The notes below the pieces were generated by a model. The model made no database searches. It was given only the letters and a program-made list of their open reading frames with translations, and had not been told where the DNA came from. Position numbers and translations under genes: made by a program. A DNA stretch of 64,000 nt. Origin: Phototrophicaceae bacterium. Lineage in GTDB: Bacteria > Chloroflexota > Anaerolineae > Aggregatilineales > Phototrophicaceae. The DNA lies in contig OZ242001.1 of the NCBI GenBank assembly GCA_965204635.1, forward strand, positions 3,946,780-4,010,779. Reading direction: 5' to 3'. Numbering within the stretch: position 1 is the first letter of the stretch; each line of letters starts with the position of its first letter. Below, piece by piece: positions 17,887-27,874 of this stretch.

Positions 17887-18827
17887 GTCGACCTCAATTC
17901 TCCGCGCGCAAAGCTCAGATGGTTAATGCGTTCCATGGAAACGAGTATGATCAACAAGCCCCAGACCGTTGCCGCCAAACCCACGTGCAGGGCGCCCCAG
18001 GCCGGTCCCGCTGTGCTGATCACAAACATCGCGCCCGATCCGATTTGCAGCAAATACGCGCCGCCCGCCGCCAAAGCAAACAAACGAATGCTAGTCTCGC
18101 CGCGCTGCCGCAAGACTTGTCGAATCATCAAGAATAGAGACAGCGCCATTGCCGCCACTGAAAACCGGTGAATCATGTGTATGACCGCGAGCGCTCCCTG
18201 ATCCAGCGGGAGCAGAGCGCCGCCGTTGCAGAGCGGCCATTCGGTACAAGCCAAGGTGGCGCCGCTGCCGCGAACGAGGGCGCCCGTCAAAATGATCAGC
18301 AAGGCAAACAGGGCGTTGATTTGGGTTAAGGAACTGACCGAGTCGGCCGCGAATGGCTTGGGTGGCGCGTATACCGCCATGACAAGCGCGCCCAGCAAGG
18401 CGGCCAGGAGCAGCATCGCAACGCCGAGATGAAGCGTGACGAAGGTCGGAGGCAGGTCCAAAAACACAACAATAGCGCCCAATGCGCTCTGAATAAGAAA
18501 AAGAAGCGCCGCCAGCCCGACCAACTTCAAGACCGGTCTATCGTGCTGCCGGTAGTGACGCCGGGCCAGGGCAAGTGTCGCCAACCCAAACACGCCGATG
18601 AGCAAAGCGAAGAGTCGATGCAGCCATTCGATCCAGGCGCTGATATTGTCCAGGGGCGGGAAAATGGCGCCATTGCAAAGTGGCCAGTCATTGCCACAGC
18701 CCAAGCCCGATTCCGTCACCCGCACCACTGCGCCGAATACAATCAGGCCCAAGGTAAGCGCCGCTGTAGCGAGGCAAAGCGCGACGAACGAGCTAGAGAT
18801 GCGCTGCTGTGGTAGCTGATCCGCCAA
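17883..18827 (-). CDS. ctaA: heme A synthase (COX15/CtaA)
   Basis: 314-aa polytopic ORF (TTG start at 18827). VRVTESGLGCGNDWPLCNG and second-half TEWPLCNG Cys pairs plus conserved His residues. Confidence 0.85.
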   Translation of the reverse strand: MADQLPQQRISSSFVALCLATAALTLGLIVFGAVVRVTESGLGCGNDWPLCNGAIFPPLDNISAWIEWLHRLFALLIGVFGLATLALARRHYRQHDRPVLKLVGLAALLFLIQSALGAIVVFLDLPPTFVTLHLGVAMLLLAALLGALVMAVYAPPKPFAADSVSSLTQINALFALLIILTGALVRGSGATLACTEWPLCNGGALLPLDQGALAVIHMIHRFSVAAMALSLFLMIRQVLRQRGETSIRLFALAAGGAYLLQIGSGAMFVISTAGPAWGALHVGLAATVWGLLIILVSMERINHLSFARGELRST

Positions 18828-18885
18828 ATGCCTGGGCTCGCTTTACAATGGAAGGCCGACGGACGGCCTATGCCAACGGGCGAAC

Positions 18886-19068
18886 AGAAGTAATCCCAAG
18901 TAAGTAATTAAAAAATTGCGCATCGTTTTACGCGGTATACTTGCGGGCGACCCAAGGGTCGCCCCTACGGCATAATAGGAGACTCAGTGTACGGGCGAGC
19001 CGGTGGCTCGCCCACTCTTGCTTCAAAATGCCCATCAGATTTTGCACGACTTGCTTGCGTTTACTGAG
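18886..19068 (+). mobile_element. MITE-like composite repeat (copy 3)
   Basis: ...AAGTAAGTAATTAAAAAATTGCGCATCG...GGGCGACCCAAGGGTCGCCCCTACGGCATAATAGGAGACTCAGTGTACGGGCGAGCCGGTGGCTCGCCC...GCACGACTTGCTTGCGTTTACTGAG. Confidence 0.5.
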
Positions 19069-19263
19069 AATAGACTACGGATTGTACTATTTGTCACAAA
19101 GTCCTTCAAGTGGGCCTGGCCTTTGCAGGTCTTGTGCGCAATTGCGCTTGGCAGGGCGCTGCGCTTGACCCACTTGTCGTCTGCTCGCAAGCACTGAAAT
19201 GTGACAGCCGCCGCCGCATGTGTTAAATTTTCTCTGCAATGCCGGAATAGTGGATTCGACAGT

Positions 19264-21501
19264 ATGGAACGCTCAAAACGTTTTGACCTGCTCGCGAAGC
19301 GCGACATCAACAAAGAGACCTATGTCGAGCCTTGGCCCGAAGCCGGATTGATCGTCGCCGACAGCCCTTATGATCCGCGACCCAGCCTCGAGATAGAATC
19401 GGGCGCCGTCCTTGAGCTGGACGGCCGGCGCCGCGCCGACTTCGATGCGCTCGACTGTTTCATCGTCTCCCATGCTCTGGATCTGAATATCGCTGAAGAA
19501 GCGATGGCGCTGCCGTCGGCGGATTACGCGCGCATGTTGGCCGATATCAACGTGCCGCGCGAGGACATCGCGCGCTTGATCGCCGGGTGCAGCCCGGCCA
19601 AGCTGACCGACATCGTCCGCCACATGAATGTGCTGGAAATGATGATGGCTTTGGCGAAGATGCGCGTGCGCCGGACGCCGGCCAATCAAGCCCATGTGAC
19701 CAATTGGCGCGAGCATCCGGCGCTCTTGGCGGCCGATGCCGCGGAAGCGGCGCTGCGCGGCTTCGCCGAGGTCGAGACGACCGTGCGCGTGGCGCGTTTT
19801 GCCCCCTTCAATGCGCTGGCCATCCTGGTCGGCACCCAGACCGGGCGCGGCGGCGTCCTGACGCAGTGCTCGGTCGAAGAAGCCCTGGGCTTGCGCCTGG
19901 CGATGAAGGGGCTGACCAGCTACGCCGAGACCCTTTCCGTGTACGGCACGGAATTGACCTTCACCGATGGCGACGACACGCCCTGGTCAAAAGCCTTCCT
20001 CGCTTCCGCCTACGCCTCGCGCGGGGTGAAGATCCGCTTCACCTCCGGCACCGGTTCGGAAGCGCTGATGGGCCGGGCCGAACAGAAATCGATGCTTTAT
20101 CTCGAAGCGCGCTGCCTGCTTGTGGTCAAGGGCGCGGGCAGCCAAGGCGTGCAGAATGGCTCGATCTCTTGCATTGCCTTGCCCGAAGCGCTGCCGGGCG
20201 GCGTGCGGGCGGTGCTGGCGGAGAATCTGCTGGCCTCCATGCTCGGCCTGGAAGTGGCCTCGGGTAATGACGCCCTCGCCTCGCACTCCAGCATCCGCAA
20301 GACGGCCAAGCTGATGACGCAGTTCATCCCGGGCACGGATTTCATCTTCAGCGGCTACAGCGCGATTCCCAAGCGCGACAACCTCTTCGGCGGCGGCAAC
20401 TTCGATGCCGAGGATTTCGATGACTACAATGTCTTGCAGCGCGATATGCAGATTGATGGCGGCGTCCGCCCGATCAGCGAAGACGAGGCGCTGGAGATCC
20501 GGCGCAAGGCGGCCCGCGCGATTCAAGCCGTTTATGGGGAGCTCGAGCTGCCGCCGATTACCGATGCCGAGGTGGACGCGGCGACCGTGGCGCATAGCAG
20601 CGACGACATGCCGGAGCGCGAGCTCCTGCCGGACCTGGAAGCGGCCGATGCCTTTCTCGCCGGCGACGCCGACTTTCTGACGGTGATTCGCGCCCTGCGC
20701 AACTGTGGTTTCAGTGATGTCGCCGACAATATCCTGGAGATGGGGCGGCAGCGCATCGCCGGCGATTATCTGCAGCCATCGGCGATCTTCGATGAGGACT
20801 TCAAAGTACTAAGCGCGATCAACGATGGCAACGACTACATCGGGCCCGGCAGCGGCTATCGCCCGGCCGGCCGGCGCTGGCGGGAGATGCAGGCGATCCC
20901 GCAGGCGAAATCGCCCGAGGGTTTCGTCGATCCGCATGTCGGCGCGCCCCTCTCGCGCCTGGTCGAACTTGGGCCGGCCGCCAAGGGCCGACAGAAAGAA
21001 GTTGTATTGGCGCTGGGTCCGGCCTTCGGCGGCGCATTGGGCCGGACGATCGGCGGCCTGGAACATGAAGATGTGCTGAAGGCCATCCTGTCCGGCATTG
21101 CCAGCGAAGGCTTGGTGGCGCGCATCGTTCGCGTCTGCCACTCGTCGGATTGCGCTGCCATCGGCTACGTTGGGGCGCGCCTCAGCGGCAGCGGCATCGG
21201 CATCGGCTTGCAATCGCGCGGCACGACCGTCATCCATCAGCAAGATCTGGCCCCGCTTAACAACCTCGAGCTCTTCCCGCAGTCGCCGAGCCTGACGCTC
21301 GAGACCTACGAGCGCATCGGCAGCAATGCCGCCCGTTATGCCTTGGGGCGGGCGACCGTGCCGGTGGCGGTCAAAATCGACAATGGCGCCCGGCTGCGCC
21401 TGATCGTGAAGACGGCGTTGCTGCATCGCCGCGAAACCGACGCCGTCGACGCCCAAAAGCCGCCGCAAGAATTGCATTTCGCCTGGGAGCCCGATTCATG
21501 A
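19264..21501 (+). CDS. pduC: B12-dependent diol/glycerol dehydratase, fused large (alpha, PduC-like) and medium (beta, PduD-like) subunits
   Basis: ORF 19201..21501. Start at ATG 19264 (MERSKRFDLLAKRDINKETYVEPWPEAGLIVADSPYDP). Collinear with PduC throughout (VETTVRVARFAPFNALAILVGTQTGRGGVLTQCSVEEA, YGTELTFTDGDDTPWSKAFLASAYASRGVKIRFTSGTGSE). The C-terminal ~190 aa match PduD (LSGSGIGIGLQSRGTTVIHQQDLAPLNNLELFPQSPSLTLETYERIGSNAARYA). Confidence 0.9.
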   Translation: MERSKRFDLLAKRDINKETYVEPWPEAGLIVADSPYDPRPSLEIESGAVLELDGRRRADFDALDCFIVSHALDLNIAEEAMALPSADYARMLADINVPREDIARLIAGCSPAKLTDIVRHMNVLEMMMALAKMRVRRTPANQAHVTNWREHPALLAADAAEAALRGFAEVETTVRVARFAPFNALAILVGTQTGRGGVLTQCSVEEALGLRLAMKGLTSYAETLSVYGTELTFTDGDDTPWSKAFLASAYASRGVKIRFTSGTGSEALMGRAEQKSMLYLEARCLLVVKGAGSQGVQNGSISCIALPEALPGGVRAVLAENLLASMLGLEVASGNDALASHSSIRKTAKLMTQFIPGTDFIFSGYSAIPKRDNLFGGGNFDAEDFDDYNVLQRDMQIDGGVRPISEDEALEIRRKAARAIQAVYGELELPPITDAEVDAATVAHSSDDMPERELLPDLEAADAFLAGDADFLTVIRALRNCGFSDVADNILEMGRQRIAGDYLQPSAIFDEDFKVLSAINDGNDYIGPGSGYRPAGRRWREMQAIPQAKSPEGFVDPHVGAPLSRLVELGPAAKGRQKEVVLALGPAFGGALGRTIGGLEHEDVLKAILSGIASEGLVARIVRVCHSSDCAAIGYVGARLSGSGIGIGLQSRGTTVIHQQDLAPLNNLELFPQSPSLTLETYERIGSNAARYALGRATVPVAVKIDNGARLRLIVKTALLHRRETDAVDAQKPPQELHFAWEPDS

Positions 21502-21896
21502 GCGAGTATCCGCTGCGCGAGAACGCAGCCGATCAACTGCGAACATTCAGCGGCAAGGCCTTCGACGAGATCACGGCGGAAGCGGTCGCTGCCGGCGAAT
21601 TGACCGGCGAAGATTTGCGCACGCACGGCGATACCCTGCGCCAACAAGCGCAGATCGCGCGCGCCGGCGGTTTCCCGCAATTGGCGGCGAACCTGCTGCG
21701 CGCGGCCGAATTGACCGAAGTGCCAAATGAAGAATTACTGAAAATCTATGAATTGCTGCGGCCGGAACGCGCCGCCTACGACGACTTGCTGAAGCTCGCC
21801 GAACATCTGGACCGGACTTATGGAGCGACGGAGAACGGCGCTATGCTGCGGGAGGCGGCCCAGGTCTATCGAGAGCGGAATCTGCTGCGGCGCTGA
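21498..21896 (+). CDS. pduE: diol/glycerol dehydratase small (gamma, PduE-like) subunit
   Basis: 132-aa ORF overlapping the previous stop by 4 nt. The ...TLRQQAQIARAGGFPQLAANLLRAAELTEVPNEELLKIYELLRP... region resembles PduE/DhaB3. Confidence 0.8.
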   Translation: MSEYPLRENAADQLRTFSGKAFDEITAEAVAAGELTGEDLRTHGDTLRQQAQIARAGGFPQLAANLLRAAELTEVPNEELLKIYELLRPERAAYDDLLKLAEHLDRTYGATENGAMLREAAQVYRERNLLRR

Positions 21897-21964
21897 TATG
21901 TCGGCGCGGCCAACATTGAAGATTGCTTACTGGAATTAGCACGCGGAAAAGCAAAGGAAGATTG

Positions 21965-23575
21965 ATGAAAGAGCGACATACGGACATTCTAATTGTAGGT
22001 GGAGGAACCGGCGCGATCGGGGCGGCCCTGGCGGCGCTGCGCATGGGCAAGTCGGTGATTATGAGCGAAGAAACAGACTGGATCGGCGGGCAGTTGACAG
22101 CCCAGGCGGTCCCGCCCGATGAAAACCCCTGGGTGGACCAATGCGGCGCGACCGCGACCTATATGCGCTTCTCCGATGGCGTGCGCGATTATTATCGCCG
22201 CAATTATCCCCTGACCGAAAAGGCGCGCCACACCATGAACTGGAATCCGGGGCAGGGCAATGTCAGCCGCCTCTGCCACGAACCGCGCATCGGCCTGGCC
22301 GTGATCGAGGAGATGCTGGCGCCCTACCGGTCGAGCATGCAGCTCGATGTCTTGCTCTATCATATTCCGATGGCGGCCGAGACCGATGGCGATCGCGTTC
22401 TGGCTGTCACGCTGGAAGACACGCGGACGGGCGATCAAGTCGCGATATCCGCGCCGTATATCCTGGATGCCACCGAGCTGGGCGATCTGCTGGAACTGGC
22501 GGATGTCGAATCCATCATCGGCGCGGAGAGCCAGGCGCAAACGGGCGAGATGCACGCGGTCGAGGGCGATCCCCAACCGCTGGATCAGCAGGCGATCTCC
22601 TGGTGCTTCGCCCTCGATCACCTGGAAGGCGAAGACCATACCATCGACAAGCCGGAAGATTATGACTTCTGGCGCGAATACCAGGCGGATTTCTGGCCCG
22701 GCAAGCAATTGAGCTGGCTCTATCCCAGCCCGGTCACGCTGGAGACGGTGCACCGCAATATATTCCACGCCGATTTCCGCCACCGTTACACGGGCGGACC
22801 CGGCGACCTCTGGCACTTCCGCCGTATCTTGTACAAAGGGCATTATCCCGAAGGCGCATTCCCCAGCGACATCACGCTGGTCAACTGGCCGCAGATTGAT
22901 TATTGGCTGAAGCCGCTGCTGGGCGTCAGTGAAGATGTCAAGCAGGCGGCCTTGCGCGAATGCAAGCAGTTGAGCTTCTCCCTGCTCTACTGGATGCAAA
23001 CCGAAGCGCCGCGTCATGCTGACGACGGTTATGGCTATCCCGGCTTGCGCTTGCGTCCGGATGTGGTCGGCACGAGCGATGGCATGGCGAAATATGTCTA
23101 CGTGCGCGAGGCGCGGCGGATCCTCGCTGAGTTCACCGTGCTGGAAGAGCATGTCGGCCTAGACCAGCGGGCGGGTATGGATTCCGCCGAGCCCTTCGAC
23201 GACAGCGTCGGCATCGGCAGTTATCGGATCGATTTGCATCCGAGCACGGCGCCGCGCACCTATGTCGATATCAGTTGCTATCCATTCCAGATTCCGCTCG
23301 GCACCTTGATACCGCAGCGGGTGGAGAACCTGTTGCCGGCTTGCAAGAATCTTGGCGTCACTCATATCACAAACGGCTGCTACCGCCTGCATCCGGTGGA
23401 GTGGAATATCGGCGAAGCGGCCGGCGCGCTGGCGGCCTATTGCCTGGACAATGAGTTGAGTCCGCGGCAGGTGCGCAATACGGAAAGCCACCTGCGTGAT
23501 TTTCAGCGGCTGCTGGCCGATCAACTGGGTATCCCGCTGGAGTGGCCGCCCTACGCCAGGCGCACGGTGCGCTGA
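21965..23575 (+). CDS. FAD-dependent oxidoreductase (PF12831-like)
   Basis: ORF 21923..23575. Start ATG 21965 preceded by AAGGAAG. Dinucleotide-binding motif ILIVGGGTGAIGAALAA...EETDWIGGQLTAQAVPPDE. Confidence 0.7.
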   Translation: MKERHTDILIVGGGTGAIGAALAALRMGKSVIMSEETDWIGGQLTAQAVPPDENPWVDQCGATATYMRFSDGVRDYYRRNYPLTEKARHTMNWNPGQGNVSRLCHEPRIGLAVIEEMLAPYRSSMQLDVLLYHIPMAAETDGDRVLAVTLEDTRTGDQVAISAPYILDATELGDLLELADVESIIGAESQAQTGEMHAVEGDPQPLDQQAISWCFALDHLEGEDHTIDKPEDYDFWREYQADFWPGKQLSWLYPSPVTLETVHRNIFHADFRHRYTGGPGDLWHFRRILYKGHYPEGAFPSDITLVNWPQIDYWLKPLLGVSEDVKQAALRECKQLSFSLLYWMQTEAPRHADDGYGYPGLRLRPDVVGTSDGMAKYVYVREARRILAEFTVLEEHVGLDQRAGMDSAEPFDDSVGIGSYRIDLHPSTAPRTYVDISCYPFQIPLGTLIPQRVENLLPACKNLGVTHITNGCYRLHPVEWNIGEAAGALAAYCLDNELSPRQVRNTESHLRDFQRLLADQLGIPLEWPPYARRTVR

Positions 23576-23619
23576 TGCCCCCGCAGAATCGGTGGTATTT
23601 CTAGGCATGGGTCGTTCCG

Positions 23620-25233
23620 ATGCTACTTAAGCTGCGGGAAGCGATTGCCCTACTGCTGGGACTCTGCCTGAGCGCGGCGGCCATGGCGCAGGCTGAGCAG
23701 GCCCCCGCGCCACTATTCCGCGATGTCAGCGCCGAGGCCGGCATTAGCGCGACCCACCGCGCTGTCTGGGATCCGGATGAGGCGCTCGAGGGCTACCTGG
23801 CGATCGGTCAAGCCTGGGGCGATTACGACCGCGACGGCTGGATCGATCTCTTCGTGACCGGCAACCTGGATCCCAATGCGCTGTACCGCAACAACGGCGA
23901 TGGCAGTTTTTCTCTCTCGGAGCATTCGGCCGCGCTCAGTCCCCCCGATGTGCCAAGCGGCGGCGCCGTTTGGGCCGATTACAACAACGACGGCTGGCCC
24001 GATCTATACCTGGTCAACTTCGGCGCCAATCGCCTTTTCCGCAACGAGGGCGGGGTCGGCTTCAAAGACGTTACCGCCGAGGCCGGCGTGGGCGATACCG
24101 GCAAAGGCACATCGGCCGCCTGGGGCGATTACGACAGCGACGGCTGGCTGGATCTCTACCTGACCAACTGGTCCTGTTTCCCGGAATGCGACACGGATGA
24201 CTTTTCCCTGCAGCAGGATCGGCTCTATCACAATAACGGCGATGGCAGCTTCACCGATGTCACAGCGACGCTGGATTACGCGCTGACGCTCGGCGCCGGT
24301 TTTGCGCCGGCCTTCTTCGACTACGATGGCGATGGCGATCTTGACATCTATGTGGTGAACGACAAGCTGAAAAACGAAATCGGCAATGTGCTCTGGCGCA
24401 ACGATGGCGCCGGCTGCGGCCACTGGTGCTGGACCAATGTGTCCGCGGCCGCCGGCGCCGACCTTTTGATCAACGGCATGGGCGTCGACGCAAGCGATTA
24501 CGACAACGACGGCGATATCGACTTGTATGTCACCGACATGGTCTACAACATGTATCTGCTGACCAATGATGGCGCCGGCGCATTCCACGATCGCTCGCGC
24601 GTTTCCGGCAGCGCCATCAACATGGGCCCGGATCACGGCGTAGGCTGGGGCGCTGTATTCTTCGATTATGACAACGATGGCTGGCAAGACATTTATGTGG
24701 CGTCAACCGAGTACTTCCAGACCTTTCCCGAGCTGGAAGTCAGCTTTATGAACGCCCGCCCCGATGCGCTCTTCCGCAACGACGGTCAGCGCGCCTTTGA
24801 TGATGTCAGCGCCGGCAGCGGCATCGACATCGCCCTGCCCACGCTGGGCGTCGCCTATGCCGATTACGACAATGACGGCGACCTGGATCTCGTGACGGGC
24901 AACTGGAATAGCGGCTATCGCCTCTTCCAGAACCAGGGCGGCGGCGGGCGCTGGCTTTCGCTGGAGCTATTGGGCGGCGGCGATGTCAATCGGGATGCGG
25001 TTGGCGCGCAAGTCTGGCTGACGACGGCTGACGGGGCGACGCAGTTGCAGACCGTCAGCATCGGCGCGGGCCTGGGCGGCAACAATCAATTGGCGCTGCA
25101 CTTCGGCTTGGGCGATTCAGCCGCCGCCGACCTGCGCATCGTCTGGAGCAATGGCGCGGAATGCAGCTTTGAGGCGGTGCCGGCGCAGCAAAGGCTGCGT
25201 CTGCAATATGGCCTGACCGCGGGCTGCGGCTAG
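23620..25233 (+). CDS. secreted FG-GAP/VCBS repeat protein with ASPIC/UnbV C-terminal domain (CRTAC1 family)
   Basis: 537-aa ORF with signal peptide. Repeated WGDYDxDGWxDLYxxN...YRNNGDGSF units. C-terminal WLSLELLGGGDVNRDAVGAQVWL...QLALHFGLG is UnbV/ASPIC-like. Confidence 0.85.
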   Translation: MLLKLREAIALLLGLCLSAAAMAQAEQAPAPLFRDVSAEAGISATHRAVWDPDEALEGYLAIGQAWGDYDRDGWIDLFVTGNLDPNALYRNNGDGSFSLSEHSAALSPPDVPSGGAVWADYNNDGWPDLYLVNFGANRLFRNEGGVGFKDVTAEAGVGDTGKGTSAAWGDYDSDGWLDLYLTNWSCFPECDTDDFSLQQDRLYHNNGDGSFTDVTATLDYALTLGAGFAPAFFDYDGDGDLDIYVVNDKLKNEIGNVLWRNDGAGCGHWCWTNVSAAAGADLLINGMGVDASDYDNDGDIDLYVTDMVYNMYLLTNDGAGAFHDRSRVSGSAINMGPDHGVGWGAVFFDYDNDGWQDIYVASTEYFQTFPELEVSFMNARPDALFRNDGQRAFDDVSAGSGIDIALPTLGVAYADYDNDGDLDLVTGNWNSGYRLFQNQGGGGRWLSLELLGGGDVNRDAVGAQVWLTTADGATQLQTVSIGAGLGGNNQLALHFGLGDSAAADLRIVWSNGAECSFEAVPAQQRLRLQYGLTAGCG

Positions 25234-25252
25234 AATTTCAGCACAGAGACAC

Positions 25253-25436
25253 AGAAGTAAGTGCAAGTAAACAATTGATAAAATGCGCATCGCCTTTAGC
25301 GGCATACTTTCGAGCGCAATTCCGGGTCGTCCCTACGGCATACGGGGAGACTGCGTGTACGGGCGAGCCGGTGGCTCGCCCTCTCTTGCTATAAACTGCT
25401 CATCAGACTTTGCACGACTTACATGCGTTTACTGAG
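25253..25436 (+). mobile_element. MITE-like composite repeat (copy 4), followed by further dispersed-repeat modules to ~25830
   Basis: AGAAGTAAGTGCAAGTAAACAATTGATAAAATGCGCATCG...GTACGGGCGAGCCGGTGGCTCGCCC...GCACGACTTACATGCGTTTACTGAG. Confidence 0.5.
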
Positions 25437-25965
25437 ACACGGAAGCAAGTGCAAGTAAATCGTGAAAAATCAGGCTCCTAATCTACTAGATCTGGATCTT
25501 TCCCCTATGCCAGCAGAATCACAAGAGGTTCTTTTTGTTTATGCCTCAGGGCAATCGCTTCAAAACTGGCGCCGCTGCGACGAGCAAAACTAAACTGAAA
25601 TTTAACCACCGAGGACACCGAGGACGCCGAGGAAAGCGATTGATCGGAGATTTCGCGGCATATTGTCGCAAAATTTTTGGGCGGGAAGGAAGTTCATCGG
25701 CCAGGTTGCGTCAAGCCTGCCCAATTTAAGCAGTGGATTTAGGGAAAGGTCGTCAAAAGCATCTAAACTCTTTGTCCTCTGCGTCCTCTGTAGTTAAAAG
25801 AATTTGAAGCGATTGCCCTGGTTTATGCCTATGTTGTGCCGATTTCCGTGCTGAGGTATGTTGGAAGTGCCAGCTACGATATCCGAATTGACCACTTGCT
25901 GCCTGACGGTAGCGTATCGGAGGTAGGTTCAGTGCAATTTACCTTTGTGGAAAAGGAGTGAATTC

Positions 25966-26148
25966 ATGCGATTCAAGCGGGAGGATTTTCCCAAGAAAAC
26001 TAAGAATGTAATTATTGAGTTCCCGGAGTTGTGCGAGGCCGCTCCCAAGGCTGAAATAGCAGCTCTTAAAGCCGCTGTGGCAACGCATAACAAAGCCATT
26101 AATGACAAGATCAAGGATTCGCCAATTCGGCCCAAGACTGTTGAATAA
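25966..26148 (+). CDS. hypothetical small protein
   Basis: ATG 25966 preceded by AAAAGGAG (6-nt spacer). 60 aa (MRFKREDFPKKTKNVIIEFPELCEAAPKAEIAALKAAV...). Followed by a hairpin terminator. Low-GC islet. No family recognised. Confidence 0.35.
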   Translation: MRFKREDFPKKTKNVIIEFPELCEAAPKAEIAALKAAVATHNKAINDKIKDSPIRPKTVE

Positions 26149-26166
26149 GCCCCGTGCAAAGTAATA

Positions 26167-26195
26167 ACAGCCCGCTTGCAAAGCGGGCTGTTTAC
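26167..26195 (+). terminator. Rho-independent-type terminator hairpin
   Basis: ACAGCCCGC-TTGCAAA-GCGGGCTGT followed by TTACCTTT, 19 nt after the stop of the small ORF. Confidence 0.5.
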
Positions 26196-26348
26196 CTTTA
26201 GAGAGAATTTCGCAATTGGCAATGCTCTCGCCGGCCATCTCTATTTCGGACATTTGATTCGGTGACGAGACCGGAAGTTGGGGTAGAAACTTAGCATCTC
26301 CTAGACTTTTGCCGCTAACTTGGAATCTTAGAGAACATTGACAGAACC

Positions 26349-27848
26349 TCAGCGCACATCGGTTTTGTAAGGCACGACATCGCATGTCGTCTGATACCAG
26401 GTCAAGAGGCGATCCCGTAAATCCGCCAGCGCCTCAGCATAGCTCGGATCATCAATGACGTTGTTGACTTCGCCCGGATCCTTGCGCAGGTCGTACAGTT
26501 CATCCAGTTCGTAAAGACGGCGCACGTATTTGTAGTTGGCTGTACGGCACATGGTCGCCTTGCTGTGTGAGCCGGATTCGCTGCGCTGCATCTCGGCGCG
26601 GGGCCAATATAAGACGCTTGGATTGTTGTAAGCCGGGCTTTCCTTTTCTTTCGCCTGCTCCTCGCCGTAGCGGCGTCCGCCTTCACAGAAAACGGCATCG
26701 CGATGGACATCGGACGAACCGGCGACCAGATCTGTCAGCGAGCGGCCGAAGTGATCGTAGCCCGGGTCAATGCCGGCCCATTCATAAGCGGTGGCGCTGA
26801 AGTCGATCAACTCGACCAGTTGATCGCGGATGCCGGGTTGAATCGCTGCATCGGCCGGCGGCTTGACGATCAAGGGGACGCGCGTCAGGCAGTCCTCAAA
26901 AGTGTTCTGCGTCTTTTCCACCAGGCCATAATCGCCGGTGAAGTCGCCATGATCGGAGAAGAAGAAGATCGCCGTGTCAGCGTAGATGCCGCTTTCCTTG
27001 AGCGCGGCGATCACCTTGCCAAACTGCGCATCGACGCGCGCGCACATGCCGTAGTAAGTGGCGCGCAGTTCGGTGAAGCGTTCTTCGCTCCAGCCTTGCA
27101 GGCCTTGCCGCTCGTAAATGCCGGCGACGAGCTTGGGCTTCTTGTCCCAGTCGGGCGCGGGGATGCGCGCTGGAAGCAGGTCACGATCGATTTGACTATA
27201 CCAGGGGTCTTCCACGCCATAAGGCGGATGCGGATAGCCCAAGGGCAGGTAGATGCAAAGCGGCTGATCGGCCGGCGCGTTGCGAATCTGTTCCACCGCG
27301 CCATCGACCATCGCCCAGTCGTTGTCGTAATAGACCTCGTCGCCGCCGCTTCCCTCTGATGCATCGGCGGGTTCGTTGGGAGCGGTCGAAAGCTTGCCGG
27401 CATAGAACGAATAATAGTTGTCGCCTTCGGGGTCGCCCCGCCAGGCGTCGGCGCGGTGCAAGTTGGGGCGGAGTTCGCGCGGCGCTTCATATTTGACATC
27501 GCAATACTCGGCGAATCCGTTTTGGCGCGGCACCAGGTCGTTCTTGCCGCCCCAGAAGACGAAGTACCCGGCATCCTTGAGGATCTTCAGCAGCACAGGT
27601 TCATCCGGCTGCAGCATGTGGAACATCGTGCGGTGGCCGCGGACGTGCGGATACCATCCGGTCATGAAGGAGCAGCGGCTGGGCGTGCAGACCGGGTTCT
27701 GGCAGAAGGCCTGGCGAAAGGAAACGGCGTCAGTCTCGATGATGCGGTCGAGGTTAGGCGTGACAGCGGCGGGATTGCCGAGGTGCCGCATGACATCCCC
27801 GCGCCATTGGTCCGGGTTGAAGATGATGATGTTAGGCCGGCTTTTCAT
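26349..27848 (-). CDS. sulfatase (formylglycine-dependent arylsulfatase family)
   Basis: ORF 26349..27890. Start placed at ATG 27848 (MKSRPNIIIFNPDQW), supported by the duplicated fragment at 28648-28741. CTPSRCSFMTGWYP contains the C-x-P-x-R formylglycine motif. Confidence 0.9.
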   Translation of the reverse strand: MKSRPNIIIFNPDQWRGDVMRHLGNPAAVTPNLDRIIETDAVSFRQAFCQNPVCTPSRCSFMTGWYPHVRGHRTMFHMLQPDEPVLLKILKDAGYFVFWGGKNDLVPRQNGFAEYCDVKYEAPRELRPNLHRADAWRGDPEGDNYYSFYAGKLSTAPNEPADASEGSGGDEVYYDNDWAMVDGAVEQIRNAPADQPLCIYLPLGYPHPPYGVEDPWYSQIDRDLLPARIPAPDWDKKPKLVAGIYERQGLQGWSEERFTELRATYYGMCARVDAQFGKVIAALKESGIYADTAIFFFSDHGDFTGDYGLVEKTQNTFEDCLTRVPLIVKPPADAAIQPGIRDQLVELIDFSATAYEWAGIDPGYDHFGRSLTDLVAGSSDVHRDAVFCEGGRRYGEEQAKEKESPAYNNPSVLYWPRAEMQRSESGSHSKATMCRTANYKYVRRLYELDELYDLRKDPGEVNNVIDDPSYAEALADLRDRLLTWYQTTCDVVPYKTDVR

Positions 27849-27874
27849 ATACGCATCCGCCTCAAAGTTGATGG

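Noticed and set aside
19069-19263. Possible cobalamin riboswitch upstream of the B12-dependent dehydratase
   Set aside because: I could not find a B12-box-like consensus or the expected conserved stems in the ~190 nt leader. Much of the spacer is MITE/REP sequence. A covariance-model scan (Rfam RF00174) would be decisive.
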